A stretch of 64,000 nucleotides of DNA. Origin: Nitrososphaerota archaeon. GTDB lineage: Archaea > Thermoproteota > EX4484-205 > JAAOZP01. A model generated the notes under the pieces. That model worked only from the letters and a program-made list of their open reading frames with translations. It was not told the DNA's origin and made no database searches. The stretch spans positions 192,001 to 256,000 of the forward strand of contig JAAOZP010000017.1 in the NCBI GenBank assembly GCA_011605725.1, written 5' to 3'. The position numbers were made by a program, and so were the translations under genes. Below, piece after piece: positions 39,486 through 48,858 of the stretch. Positions within the stretch are counted from its first letter, which is position 1. Each line of letters begins with the position of its first letter.

Positions 39486-40366
39486 ACGAGCCTCTTTCTT
39501 CTAGCGGTGTTCGAAATAGTTTCGAACAATATTCTGACTGCTGCCGCTGCTGAGGCGCTTCCAGGGTCGAGCAGGGGGTTAAGCTCAACAAGGTCGAGCC
39601 CTACAAGCTTTTCGTTCACCGTGTTCTCCAGAAGGCTGAGAAGAATGCTGGTTGATACTCCACATGCCTCTGGATTAGCTACTCCAGGAGCGTAGGCAGG
39701 GTCTAGAACGTCAAGGTCTATGCTAACATAGGTGCTTCCCGCTTTATCAACAATGCTTCTCAGCATCACGCATGCTTCCTCAGGATTCCTGAGGATCTGT
39801 TTCGATGAAACGAAGGTTTCGCCGCTCGCGTACTCAACCTCCTCTCTGCAGGCTGCCCTGACGCCGACGTGCACGACTCTGCAAACCTCCTCCCTCACTC
39901 TTCTCATGACTGTAGCGTGGCTAACCTTAACATGCTCAGGATACTCATTCCTATAGTCGAAGTGAGCGTCGAAAGATATTATTGTCTCCGGCGTAAGGCC
40001 TCTCGCAGCCCCAAGGGTTATTGTGTGCTCTCCCCCGAGAAGAACAGGAGTCTTAGAGTCAGCATTGATCTCCCTGCATACTTTCTCAACCCTTTTCAAA
40101 ACCTCGTCGACGTTGAACGTTACTGAAACATCCCCCAGGTCTGAAACCCTAACATTCTCGAAGTCAACACTGTTTCCAAGGCTGATGGTTTCAGCCTCAG
40201 CTGAGAAATGCCTTATGCTGGCGGGCCCGAATCTTGAACCCGGCCTGAAGCTCGTCGTCCCGTCGAAAGGCACCCCTACGATGGCGAACCAGGACTCCTC
40301 ATAGCTATGCTTAATCCCGGAGAAGAAATACGGGTTTTCAACCAAGTATAGCTTAGCCTCGTCCAA
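39482..40366 (-). CDS. speB: Agmatinase
   Basis: PFDGTTSFRPGSRFGP, GGEHTIT, DAHFD, SIDLDVLDP. Confidence 0.9.
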   Translation of the reverse strand: MDEAKLYLVENPYFFSGIKHSYEESWFAIVGVPFDGTTSFRPGSRFGPASIRHFSAEAETISLGNSVDFENVRVSDLGDVSVTFNVDEVLKRVEKVCREINADSKTPVLLGGEHTITLGAARGLTPETIISFDAHFDYRNEYPEHVKVSHATVMRRVREEVCRVVHVGVRAACREEVEYASGETFVSSKQILRNPEEACVMLRSIVDKAGSTYVSIDLDVLDPAYAPGVANPEACGVSTSILLSLLENTVNEKLVGLDLVELNPLLDPGSASAAAAVRILFETISNTARRKRLV

Positions 40367-40452
40367 GCCTGTTTGCAGAAGAACTTGAAATAGATAAAGG
40401 TTCCTCCGCGTGGAGGCTTAAAAGCCTTTACAGCGTTTTAAACAGGTGGAGA

Positions 40453-41109
40453 ATGGATTTAAACCAGTTTCTACAAGCATTCGCATGCTTTAAGACGGTT
40501 CTTGAAATACTTCTGCTCTGCCCAGCTGTTTTCCAAGACCTGGAGAATAGGGAGCTTGACGCCTCCGCGTGGCTCCCAATCCTCTTGCTAGGGGTTTCAG
40601 CCTTAACCCTTGAGCTAGCCTCAAACATGCTCCTAGAAACTGTTTTAAAGACTGTTCAAACCCTGAGCCTCCTAGGATTGCTGCTTCTCCTAGGTCTCTA
40701 CGGGCCTGGGGACGCGTTGATACTGGTAGGCATATGCCTAACCCATGTTTCAACAACTAGCCCCCTGCTGCAAGGCAGCCTCCTGAGGTTTTCCAACCCT
40801 GATTTCAGCCTGACTGTTCTTTTGAACGCTGAAATCCTGTCTTCAGCAACTGTTGCTTCAAACCTTTTCCACAACCTGCGCTCAGGAGCCTGGAGCTCCT
40901 CCCAACCTGGAGAGCCTTTTAGAAGGAGGGTTTCTCGTATGCTGCTGCTCAGGGCTGTGGGTGAGGAGGAATCGTCTCGAAAAAAGCTTGCCCAGAGTAC
41001 TCTTAGCAGGAAAGTATTCGTTAAAAAGACTGTTCCCCTAACTTTTTTCATCCTTATAAGTTACGGGGTGACGCTTCTCTTCGGAAGCCTCGTTCCACTC
41101 CCAGCGTAG
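40453..41109 (+). CDS. Second, divergent A24 prepilin-peptidase-like membrane protein
   Basis: FQDLENRELD and LYGPGDALIL Asp motifs; C-terminal VP-TFFILISY. Confidence 0.7.
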   Translation: MDLNQFLQAFACFKTVLEILLLCPAVFQDLENRELDASAWLPILLLGVSALTLELASNMLLETVLKTVQTLSLLGLLLLLGLYGPGDALILVGICLTHVSTTSPLLQGSLLRFSNPDFSLTVLLNAEILSSATVASNLFHNLRSGAWSSSQPGEPFRRRVSRMLLLRAVGEEESSRKKLAQSTLSRKVFVKKTVPLTFFILISYGVTLLFGSLVPLPA

Positions 41110-41156
41110 GCTGAAAGCCTTCAAGCGCTCCGAAGCATTGGAAACACTGCTTCCTG

Positions 41157-41714
41157 CTAAGGTATGAATACTGCTGCCGCGACGACTGTTGTCCACATAC
41201 CGTCCTTGTTTCCCACTGCGGACTGGGTTATGCTCATCGTCTTAACCCTGCGGCCACTTATCTTCCATATTTCTTTCTGTTCATCCCAGCTCTTATCTAT
41301 GTCGAACGGAACACCGAGCGTGGAGGCAAGCATGAAGGCTGCAAGATCCTCAGCGTAGTCTCCAGCCTTCTTCTCAGTCTGGCCGAAGGAATGGTGCTCA
41401 CTCAAATAGCCGTAGCTCTCGTCGTCGAGAGGCTTAGCCATGCCTATTGAAGCCGCTATGAGCCTGTTAGGCTCGTTCGTCTCATTCTTAGCCAGCACTA
41501 CGAAGATTATCTGTCCAGGCTTAAGCTTGCTTAACCCCTCCTCTCTGCTTATCACTTTGCATCCAGGCGGTATTATGCTTGAAATCGGAACAAGGTTGAA
41601 CTGGGCTATGCCAGCATCCCTAAGAGCTATTTCGAAGGATGCGAGCCTCTCCCTGTGCACGCCCACCCCCTTCGTGAAGAATACTTCCCTCGGCACGAAA
41701 CCAAATCCTTCCAT
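41157..41714 (-). CDS. pdaD: Pyruvoyl-dependent arginine decarboxylase
   Basis: VPREVFFTKGVG, SFEIALRDAGIAQFNLVPISSIIPP (S-S cleavage site), GYLSEHH. Confidence 0.93.
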   Translation of the reverse strand: MEGFGFVPREVFFTKGVGVHRERLASFEIALRDAGIAQFNLVPISSIIPPGCKVISREEGLSKLKPGQIIFVVLAKNETNEPNRLIAASIGMAKPLDDESYGYLSEHHSFGQTEKKAGDYAEDLAAFMLASTLGVPFDIDKSWDEQKEIWKISGRRVKTMSITQSAVGNKDGMWTTVVAAAVFIP

Positions 41715-41872
41715 TCTCTAACTATTGGAAAAGGAGGTGTGAGAAAGGTTTAAGATAAAGTTTTCTCTTCACGTGTAAGCCGTGAGAGGCACTGGTCTAC
41801 TGCGTCTAGGAGTCGGCCACTGAACAACCGGGCGGCGTCCCGTTGGAAGTGTTGCTTAAAATGGTTGACAGC

Positions 41873-42532
41873 ATGGTGGAAACCGGGAGGTTCGACCTCC
41901 ACGTACACACTTTCTTCTCTAGGGACTCGCTCCTAGACCCGAGGCTGCTGCCCAAGGTGGCTGCTTCAAGAGGACTCGCCGGCTTGGCTGTGACTGACCA
42001 TAATTTTTTCGGAGCTCACAGGATGCTGGAGTCAAGCAGCCTCATAGTTGTACCAGGAATGGAGATAAGGACTAGCGCTGGGGATATAATAGTCCTCTTC
42101 ATACAGGAGCCGGTTCTGTCCAGAGATCCTCTCGAGGTTTATGAACTGGTTAAGAAGCAGGACGGCATACTGATTGCGGCGCATCCTTTCGGCTTCCCGA
42201 GGCTTAGCAGTATGATTGAGGAGTTTACACGGCTTCTAGACGGTGTTGAAGTGGTTAACTCCAGAAACCTTTTCAGAAGGCAGAACCAGAAGGCGCTTGA
42301 GCTTGCCAGGAGGCTTGGAAAGGCTGAGACAGGAGGGAGTGACGCTCACACTTTATACGAAGTCGGTAAAGCATATACTCTTGCAGCTGCTTCCAGCCTT
42401 GAGGAACTGCGTGCAGCGATTAGAAGCAGGATGACGAAGGGTTCAGGAGGCTTAAGCATCCCCCTGGTGCACTTGGCAAGCTTTTCAGCAAGCATTGTTC
42501 ATAAGCTAGCCCGCCGGCCTCCATTTTTCTAA
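41873..42532 (+). CDS. PHP-domain phosphoesterase
   Basis: DLHVHT, AVTDHN, PGMEI, AHPF, GGSDAH; start uncertain (41843/41861/41873). Confidence 0.9.
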   Translation: MVETGRFDLHVHTFFSRDSLLDPRLLPKVAASRGLAGLAVTDHNFFGAHRMLESSSLIVVPGMEIRTSAGDIIVLFIQEPVLSRDPLEVYELVKKQDGILIAAHPFGFPRLSSMIEEFTRLLDGVEVVNSRNLFRRQNQKALELARRLGKAETGGSDAHTLYEVGKAYTLAAASSLEELRAAIRSRMTKGSGGLSIPLVHLASFSASIVHKLARRPPFF

Positions 42533-42625
42533 TCGTCGCTCAACATGTTTGGCGAATACTGGTTTAAACACGTAGGGCTCAGCATCAACATTATAATCGA
42601 AACTGTTGAAGCGTTTTAAGTTTTG

Positions 42626-42648
42626 AAAAATAAAAAAAGGAGGAGGGG
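42626..42648 (-). terminator. C-rich plus T-tract terminator of the Lys-rich microprotein gene
   Basis: Minus strand CCCCTCCTCCTTTTTTTATTTTT beginning 14 nt after the TGA. Confidence 0.65.
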
Positions 42649-42661
42649 TTTAAAAGTGCGG

Positions 42662-42718
42662 TCAACACTTCTTAGTCTTCTTAGCCTTCTTCTTAGTTGC
42701 CTTCTTCTTAGCAGCCAT
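42662..42718 (-). CDS. 18-aa lysine-rich microprotein MAAKKKATKKKAKKTKKC
   Basis: ATG..TGA, 10 Lys all encoded by AAG, TATA-like box about 30 nt upstream, T-tract terminator downstream; below the ORF-track cutoff. Confidence 0.75.
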   Translation of the reverse strand: MAAKKKATKKKAKKTKKC

Positions 42719-42744
42719 CTTCAAGAAGAAGTTATGCAAGCATA

Positions 42745-42758
42745 CACTTAAACTTTTT
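42745..42758 (-). promoter_or_regulatory. BRE/TATA promoter of the microprotein gene
   Basis: Minus strand AAAAAGTTTAAGTG, with TTTAAG 29-34 nt upstream of the ATG. Confidence 0.6.
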
Positions 42759-42787
42759 GTTTTTTAACTTTTTAACCAGCTATTGAT

Positions 42788-43954
42788 TCAGCCGACTAGG
42801 CTGTCAAAGGTTTCTAGAAACTCTCCTTCCAATCCGACAGGTATCACTCCTGAAGCTGCAACACTGTGACCATCTCCAAACCCTCCGTGCCCAGCGCATG
42901 CTTCAGGAAGAATCCTCGATAATGGTGGCTTAACACCCTCCTCTATCATCTTTCTCAGTCTTAAAGGTGCTCTCGCAGACACTTTAACATAGTCTTTACG
43001 AAGCAGACCGTAGCCAGGTATTTCCCTCGGGATCCTCATGAAGCCAATCAAGTATTTACTGTCGTCAACAATCCTCTGATAGCTTAAGAAGGATGTGAAG
43101 CTTCCAAGAACTTTACTGCCCATTCCTTTGAAAAAACCTCCGGAGTCGAACCATTGCAGGCTCCTCTTCTCCCCCAGCCCCTTCCTGATTATCGTGGCTA
43201 GAAGAGCCTTGTTAGCCCTCCTCCTCTCCTCCTCAAGTTTCTCCGAGAAGCTAAGAACCTCCTGGTTGAAGCCCTTTAAACAGGCTTCAAGAGCCTTCTC
43301 CACACCCCCCTTGTAATATCCTACTGAGGCCAGTATAGTGAGGATCTGGGAGGCATTAACCCTTGAAAGGCCGAAGCCCTCGGCAACTATCTTGAAGTCT
43401 CTTCCCGACTGTTTCACAACACCCTCCTTCAAAGAATCTTCAAAGGCGATCTTGTTGAGGCCAGCTGCTTCCCCGGGTATTTCAACCGAGCCTATCACAG
43501 CCAGATGGGAAAGCCTGCTCAGGCTCCTATCAGCCATCTTGGCGAAAAGATAGGCGACTGTTGAGGCTGAAGCGTCTCTCTCACCAAGATAGCCGTAGAG
43601 CTCAGGATTCAGGTTTAGAACATTGTTTTTCCGGGAAGGCTTAGTATCGTGGTGGTCTAGGATAACCGCCAAGCATTCTTTCCCAATATTCTCCTCTATC
43701 TTCTCAACATGCGCTGAGCCGATGTCGGTGAAAACTGCCACAGGATACTTGGAGAGGGTTTCCACCAGGACCTCTGGGAAAAGCTTGTCTAGGCAGAGGG
43801 TGTTAATGTTGAAACCCATTTTCTCAAGAGCTGTTTTAACTATCGCCGCTGAGCAAACCCCATCGGCCTCGTCATGATGAATTAAAACAGCCTCACCCAC
43901 CCTGCGCCTAAGCTCTTCAACAGCCTTCACAAGGCTTGCTTCAAACTGTTCCAA
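42788..43954 (-). CDS. DHH-family phosphoesterase (RecJ/Cdc45-like)
   Basis: HHDEADG, TDIGS, ILDHH, NLNPE, KVSAR, GDGHSVAAS. Confidence 0.9.
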   Translation of the reverse strand: MEQFEASLVKAVEELRRRVGEAVLIHHDEADGVCSAAIVKTALEKMGFNINTLCLDKLFPEVLVETLSKYPVAVFTDIGSAHVEKIEENIGKECLAVILDHHDTKPSRKNNVLNLNPELYGYLGERDASASTVAYLFAKMADRSLSRLSHLAVIGSVEIPGEAAGLNKIAFEDSLKEGVVKQSGRDFKIVAEGFGLSRVNASQILTILASVGYYKGGVEKALEACLKGFNQEVLSFSEKLEEERRRANKALLATIIRKGLGEKRSLQWFDSGGFFKGMGSKVLGSFTSFLSYQRIVDDSKYLIGFMRIPREIPGYGLLRKDYVKVSARAPLRLRKMIEEGVKPPLSRILPEACAGHGGFGDGHSVAASGVIPVGLEGEFLETFDSLVG

Positions 43955-44350
43955 GCCTGTTTATTGATGAACAGAAGGAGGAAATAAATGTTAGAAACGA
44001 GTATGACACCCTACAACCGAGGCTTGAAAGCTCCTATTCATCGTTCCAGCGGCTCACCCTGCCTGGTTAAGGGCTGTGTTAAACAAGCTTTGCTGTACCC
44101 GTATACTCATGGTCAGGCTTTATCATTTTGGTTACATGATTATGGTCTAGTTACAGGAGTAGTTGCAGCGCGGACATTTAGCTACGTCAAGAACCAGTAG
44201 GCGTGCAGAAATTTTACAACACGCGCTACATCATTTATCGTGAGCATGCTAAAGCAATTAATCGTTTAAGACAAGCTTGAGAAAATCAAGGCTCGCCCCG
44301 GGTGGGGAAACAGATATAAGCATACGCATAGAGCTTTTCACTGAGGATTC

Positions 44351-45292
44351 TTGCTGAGCGAGGATATCGTTAAGGCTGTTGAAAAAGTTAAGCCAAGCAT
44401 TGTTAACGTGAGCACTGTTAAAATGGTTTACGAGTTTTTCTTCTACGCTTTCCCTGTTCACGGCGTTGGCTCAGGCATAGTTGTCGACGAGGACGGGCTT
44501 TTCCTCACGAACCATCATGTGATAAGGGGCTCAGAACGTATTCAAGCATCCTTCTACGACGGGCTTATGGCGGAGGGCAGGGTTGTGGGTGTTGACCCGA
44601 GTCTGGACATAGCCTTGGTCAAAGTTGACGACGTGAGCCTTAAGCCCGCTGAACTAGGAGATTCGGACACGCTTAGAGTTGGCGAGATAGTTATCGCGGT
44701 GGGGAACCCGCTGGGGCTCGCCGGCGAGCCGACTGTAACCATGGGTGTTGTAAGCGCTTTAGACAGGCAGATAGTTTCGAGAGAACTTTTCTTCCCGGAG
44801 CTTATTCAGACGGATGCTGCGATAAATCCTGGGAACAGCGGTGGCCCCCTGGTCAACCTTAAGGGAGAGGTTGTAGCAGTTAATACTGCAGTAATACCCT
44901 TCGCCCAAGGCATAAGCTTCGCAATACCGATAAGCTCCGTAAAGCCTCTGGTGGAGTCTTTCAAGAAGTATGGCAGGATTGTTAAGCCTTGGCTTGGAGT
45001 CAAGTCGATAGATGTTAACAGGCAGATTGCAACCTATTACTCGCTCGGTGTTGACTATGGGGCGCTCGTCGTAGAGGTTTCTCCGAAGAGCCCTGCTGAG
45101 AGAGCTGGCCTAAGACCCGGGGATGTTGTCACGATGATAGACGGCAAGCCTGTTAAAAGCTCAGCTTCCCTAGTGAAGGAGCTTAGGAGGAAATCTGTCG
45201 GCCAGAGGATAGAGCTCCTTATCTACAGGGGTTACAGCAGGTATGTTGCTTCACCGGTTCTCGAGGAAGCCAGGTTTCAAACTCTTGGCTAA
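44351..45292 (+). CDS. HtrA/DegP-like serine protease with one PDZ domain
   Basis: GSGIV, TNHHV, DIAL, IQTDAAINPGNSGGPL, SPAERAGLRPGDV; no signal peptide or TM helix. Confidence 0.93.
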   Translation: MLSEDIVKAVEKVKPSIVNVSTVKMVYEFFFYAFPVHGVGSGIVVDEDGLFLTNHHVIRGSERIQASFYDGLMAEGRVVGVDPSLDIALVKVDDVSLKPAELGDSDTLRVGEIVIAVGNPLGLAGEPTVTMGVVSALDRQIVSRELFFPELIQTDAAINPGNSGGPLVNLKGEVVAVNTAVIPFAQGISFAIPISSVKPLVESFKKYGRIVKPWLGVKSIDVNRQIATYYSLGVDYGALVVEVSPKSPAERAGLRPGDVVTMIDGKPVKSSASLVKELRRKSVGQRIELLIYRGYSRYVASPVLEEARFQTLG

Positions 45293-45307
45293 AACTTACC
45301 TAAGCAT

Positions 45308-45796
45308 CTACCTGGAGGCAAGCTCCTGCACGAGGATCTGAACAGCCTTCTTGCTAAGCTCCCTAGCAGCCTGGTCGAGAGTAACGTATTTTAAAGCATC
45401 CTTCGGACAGTATTCGACGCACATCGGGTAACCATGTTTCTCACAGTAATCGCAGACTACGACCTTTCTCTTGTCGAGGTGCATCCTTACAACGCCGAAG
45501 GGGCATGTTTCAACACACCAGCCACACCCGTTACACTTGTTCTCATCCACAACTATGACTCCGTTAGGCTTCTGGGTTAAAGCGTCTCTCGGACATGCTT
45601 TAACACACAGAGGATCCTCGCATTTCCTGCAAGTTACAGCAAGATTCAGGAAGGGCTCTATTCTGACAACCCTTATCCTGGACTTCTTAATGTTGAGGAC
45701 GCCCTCGCTTGCAAAAGAGCACACGTATTCACATATCCTGCACCCGTTGCACCTGTCAGGGTCGCAAACAATTATCTTCCTAAGCCTCGACTCCAA
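45308..45796 (-). CDS. 4Fe-4S dicluster electron-transfer subunit (AOR small subunit)
   Basis: CNGCRICEYVC, CRKCEDPLCVKACP, CNGCGWCVETCP, CDYC...CVEYCP; overlaps the AOR stop. Confidence 0.92.
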   Translation of the reverse strand: MESRLRKIIVCDPDRCNGCRICEYVCSFASEGVLNIKKSRIRVVRIEPFLNLAVTCRKCEDPLCVKACPRDALTQKPNGVIVVDENKCNGCGWCVETCPFGVVRMHLDKRKVVVCDYCEKHGYPMCVEYCPKDALKYVTLDQAARELSKKAVQILVQELASR

Positions 45797-47630
45797 CCTC
45801 TTCCGCCTCCCTGGATAAGCCGAGCTCTAAAAGCTTGCGTTTCAACGGTATTCCATCCCTGCTCCAGCCCCTGCACTCGTAGTAACTGTCTAAAGCCTCC
45901 TCATACTCCTCCCTTTTTATAACCGCCCCCTTGACAACGTCGTCTGGCAACGGGTCTTCAAAAGCCCTTGGAGGAGGATAGTCATCCTTCCTAGTTACGC
46001 CGCACTTAACGTTGAAGCATCTCGCAACGTTATGTATTCTCTCACCCGCCCTCACTATCTGCTCGCCAGTCATGCTTAAGCCTGTTACAAGCGTGTAGAG
46101 CTTCGCAAGCTCATCCATGGATTGGAATATTCCTCTGGTGAACTTGCATATTATCAGGGAGTCTATCACAGCATACTGGTTTTCACCATCGTAAACTATC
46201 TTCCCCCTGCTCTTATCAAGCCTAAGCCTGTCAACCTTGCCTTTAACATCAACCTGGTATGAGCCCGACCTAAGATAGTCCGCACCCCTGTTGGAGACGG
46301 CGAAGCCCAGGGTTGAGGTTTGGAGAGACCTTAACTCGTACGCTGCCCACTCCAAACCCTTACAATGAACAGCGAACCTTTCAGAACCCTTCCCGACTAT
46401 TTGAGAAGCCCTCCTAACCCCCTCGCTGAGAAGTTTTCCAAGCCTACCCTCCTTGAGACACATTCTTCTTAGAGCCTCAAGCAGAGCCTCGTTACTGCCG
46501 AACCTGAGCTCAACACCGTCAGTATCCTCCTTCGTCAGAATACCCTTCTCGAAGCACTCCATAGCCCATCCCACTACGTTGCCCGCGGAAATCGTGTCGA
46601 CACCAAGCGTGTCGCAAATCTCAACAGCCTTGGTTATAGCGTCTAGGCTACGGATGCCACAGTTAGGCCCAAGAAGCGCCAGGCTCTCGTAGTCTACGCT
46701 TGAAACCGTGCCAGCGTAATCCTCCCTAGCCTGGTTAACATGGTCGCAAGCTATGGGGCATCCTGCGCACGCAATAATCTTCTTAACATGCGTCTTAAGC
46801 ATCATCTCGCCGGAGACTTCCTCAGCATACTCGAACGTACCCTTCTGGAAATTGTACGATGGTAGGCATCCCAGCTTGTTATGCACAAGAATGTTTGCAG
46901 GCGTCCCATACACCCTGTACTTCTCCGTCGCAGGCCCCTGGCAGCGCTCGTTCAACTCAGCTATGAACCTTACAAGACCCTGCGGGTCCGCGACCTCAAC
47001 ATCCCTAGTTCCTCTTACTGCGACAGCCTTAAGGTTTTTAGAGCCCATTACCGCGCCTAGGCCGCATCTACCTACCTGCCTGTTCCTCTCGTTCGTAATG
47101 TTCGCAAGCCTAACCATCCTTTCTCCAGCCGGACCTATTGAAGCTACTGTGAAAGACTCGTCTCCAAGCTCCTCCTTAATCATCTCTTCAGTCTCCCAGG
47201 TTGTCCTACCCCAGATGCTTGAAGCGTTTCTAAGCTCAACATTGTCATCGTCAATCATAAGGTAGACTGGTTTCTCAGACCTGCCTGTGAATACAACACC
47301 ATCCCAGCCTGCACTCTTAAACTCTGACGCGAAAAGGCCGGAGGAGATTCCGAAGCCGAAGATGCCTGTTAAAGGTGATTTCGCGAAAACAGCATACTTG
47401 TTGCCGGCTGTCGAGATGGTTCCTGCCAGCGGACCTGTCCACCAGATTAAAACGTTCTCCGGCGATAAAGGATCAACCTGCGCAGGGTTTGGAAGCATGT
47501 CATACAGGGTTCTAGCTCCAAACCCGTAGCCGCCTATGTAGTTTAGAGCCATTTGCTCCTCGATCTTCCCCACAGACGTCTTGCCGCGTGTCAAGTCAAC
47601 CATCAAGTATTTCCCAGCGTAGCCCTTCAA
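45780..47630 (-). CDS. Tungsten aldehyde:ferredoxin oxidoreductase (AOR/WOR family) large subunit
   Basis: KSPLTG, SIGPAGE, GRCGLGAVMGSKNLKA, CAGCPIAC, CDTLGVDTIS, DSLIICKF, YYECRGW. Confidence 0.95.
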   Translation of the reverse strand: MKGYAGKYLMVDLTRGKTSVGKIEEQMALNYIGGYGFGARTLYDMLPNPAQVDPLSPENVLIWWTGPLAGTISTAGNKYAVFAKSPLTGIFGFGISSGLFASEFKSAGWDGVVFTGRSEKPVYLMIDDDNVELRNASSIWGRTTWETEEMIKEELGDESFTVASIGPAGERMVRLANITNERNRQVGRCGLGAVMGSKNLKAVAVRGTRDVEVADPQGLVRFIAELNERCQGPATEKYRVYGTPANILVHNKLGCLPSYNFQKGTFEYAEEVSGEMMLKTHVKKIIACAGCPIACDHVNQAREDYAGTVSSVDYESLALLGPNCGIRSLDAITKAVEICDTLGVDTISAGNVVGWAMECFEKGILTKEDTDGVELRFGSNEALLEALRRMCLKEGRLGKLLSEGVRRASQIVGKGSERFAVHCKGLEWAAYELRSLQTSTLGFAVSNRGADYLRSGSYQVDVKGKVDRLRLDKSRGKIVYDGENQYAVIDSLIICKFTRGIFQSMDELAKLYTLVTGLSMTGEQIVRAGERIHNVARCFNVKCGVTRKDDYPPPRAFEDPLPDDVVKGAVIKREEYEEALDSYYECRGWSRDGIPLKRKLLELGLSREAEEVGVEA

Positions 47631-47632
47631 CC

Positions 47633-47926
47633 CTATCCTCCTCCAGCTACCGATGGGGCTAGAACAATCCTGTCGCCAGGGTTAACACGGTGCTCGCTGA
47701 CCCTGTTAAGGTCCACAACCCTCCCGTTAACTATTATCAGGGATGATTCCTCCATAGGCTTGCCGTCAGCCCCTATGAACTCTGAGCGTAAATCAGTGTT
47801 CGCGACCCTGCTGAGCTCCTCAAGGATCTCCAGCAGGCTGGCGCCGGGTTTCACACTGATCCTCATACTCCTCCTATTGAAGATTTCACGGAACCTTCCC
47901 ACCAGCTCCAGCTCCACCTCGTTCAC
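47633..47926 (-). CDS. MoaD/SAMP ubiquitin-like sulfur carrier
   Basis: IIVNGR...GDRIVLAPSVAGGG with C-terminal GG. Confidence 0.9.
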   Translation of the reverse strand: MNEVELELVGRFREIFNRRSMRISVKPGASLLEILEELSRVANTDLRSEFIGADGKPMEESSLIIVNGRVVDLNRVSEHRVNPGDRIVLAPSVAGGG

Positions 47927-48036
47927 GGCAGGTTAGAATGCCTTCAAGCATAATATAAGATTTTTCTAAGGTTTCCACACGCCCCCTAGGCATGGTAAAA
48001 GTTTTTCTACTGCTTTACTAGGTTTCCCCAGGTTAA

Positions 48037-48858
48037 TTGGCGACGAGGCTGGTTGAGAACGCTACGCTGCTGACTGTTGAGAAGCGTTTCTACACTGATT
48101 ATGTTCAACTAGTCCTCGACAGGAGCAGGTGTGTTTTCTGCGACGTCTGCATAAAGGTGTGCCCCAAGAGTGCGATTAGGCTTGCGAGGAAGGAAGACGG
48201 TTCGCTAACCCTTAAAATAGGGGAGGAGTGTAGCCTATGCGGCGCGTGCGAACCGTTCTGTCCGACTGGAGCGATAACAATAATGGTTAACGGTAAGCGT
48301 GTTAACCCTCTGGTCTCCTCAGGAGGATTCCCACTTCCTCTGCCTAAGATAAGGGTGGACCAGGCGAGATGCAGGATCGACTGTTTCGAGTGCTTCAAAG
48401 CCTGTCCCACCGGGGCTTTAAAAATAGACTCTGCACACAACGTTAAGGTTGACGAGGAAAAGTGTTTAAGATGCCCATGGTGTGAAGACGTTTGCCCCGA
48501 GAAAGCGATAAAAGTAAACCCATTGTTTGAGGGAACAGTCTTCATAGATGAGTCTAAATGCGACGAGAAGTGTGACGCCTGTGTTGAAACCTGTCCGACT
48601 AAAGCCATCGCTAAAACAGGTGGAAGAATAAGCATCAACCCTAGGTATTGCATACTATGCAACGCCTGTATCCATCTGGATGTCTGCAGGAACCATGCGA
48701 TAACCGTAGTCAGGCGGAGAGTCCTGCACGGGAAGGGTTTCTCAGCAGTCTGGGTTAACGCTGTCGAGAATCTCCTGAGTGGAAAAACCTTGGCGAGAGA
48801 GCTGGATTCTGAAGGCTACCGGAGGATAAGGAGGCTTATTGAGGAGGCGAGGCTCTGA
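48037..48858 (+). CDS. Polyferredoxin (about six [4Fe-4S] motifs, FwdF/MvhB-like)
   Basis: Six CxxCxxCxxxC(P)-type motifs; translationally coupled (TGATG) to hdrA. Confidence 0.9.
   Translation: MATRLVENATLLTVEKRFYTDYVQLVLDRSRCVFCDVCIKVCPKSAIRLARKEDGSLTLKIGEECSLCGACEPFCPTGAITIMVNGKRVNPLVSSGGFPLPLPKIRVDQARCRIDCFECFKACPTGALKIDSAHNVKVDEEKCLRCPWCEDVCPEKAIKVNPLFEGTVFIDESKCDEKCDACVETCPTKAIAKTGGRISINPRYCILCNACIHLDVCRNHAITVVRRRVLHGKGFSAVWVNAVENLLSGKTLARELDSEGYRRIRRLIEEARL

Noticed and set aside
41770-41845. GC-rich intergenic stretch with CTGA, possible C/D box sRNA
   Set aside because: No convincing RTGATGA C box or guide complementarity could be established by eye.
43988-44200. 70-aa ORF / possible ncRNA in a 400-bp gap
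   Set aside because: No motif, atypical codon use, and no recognisable RNA structure.
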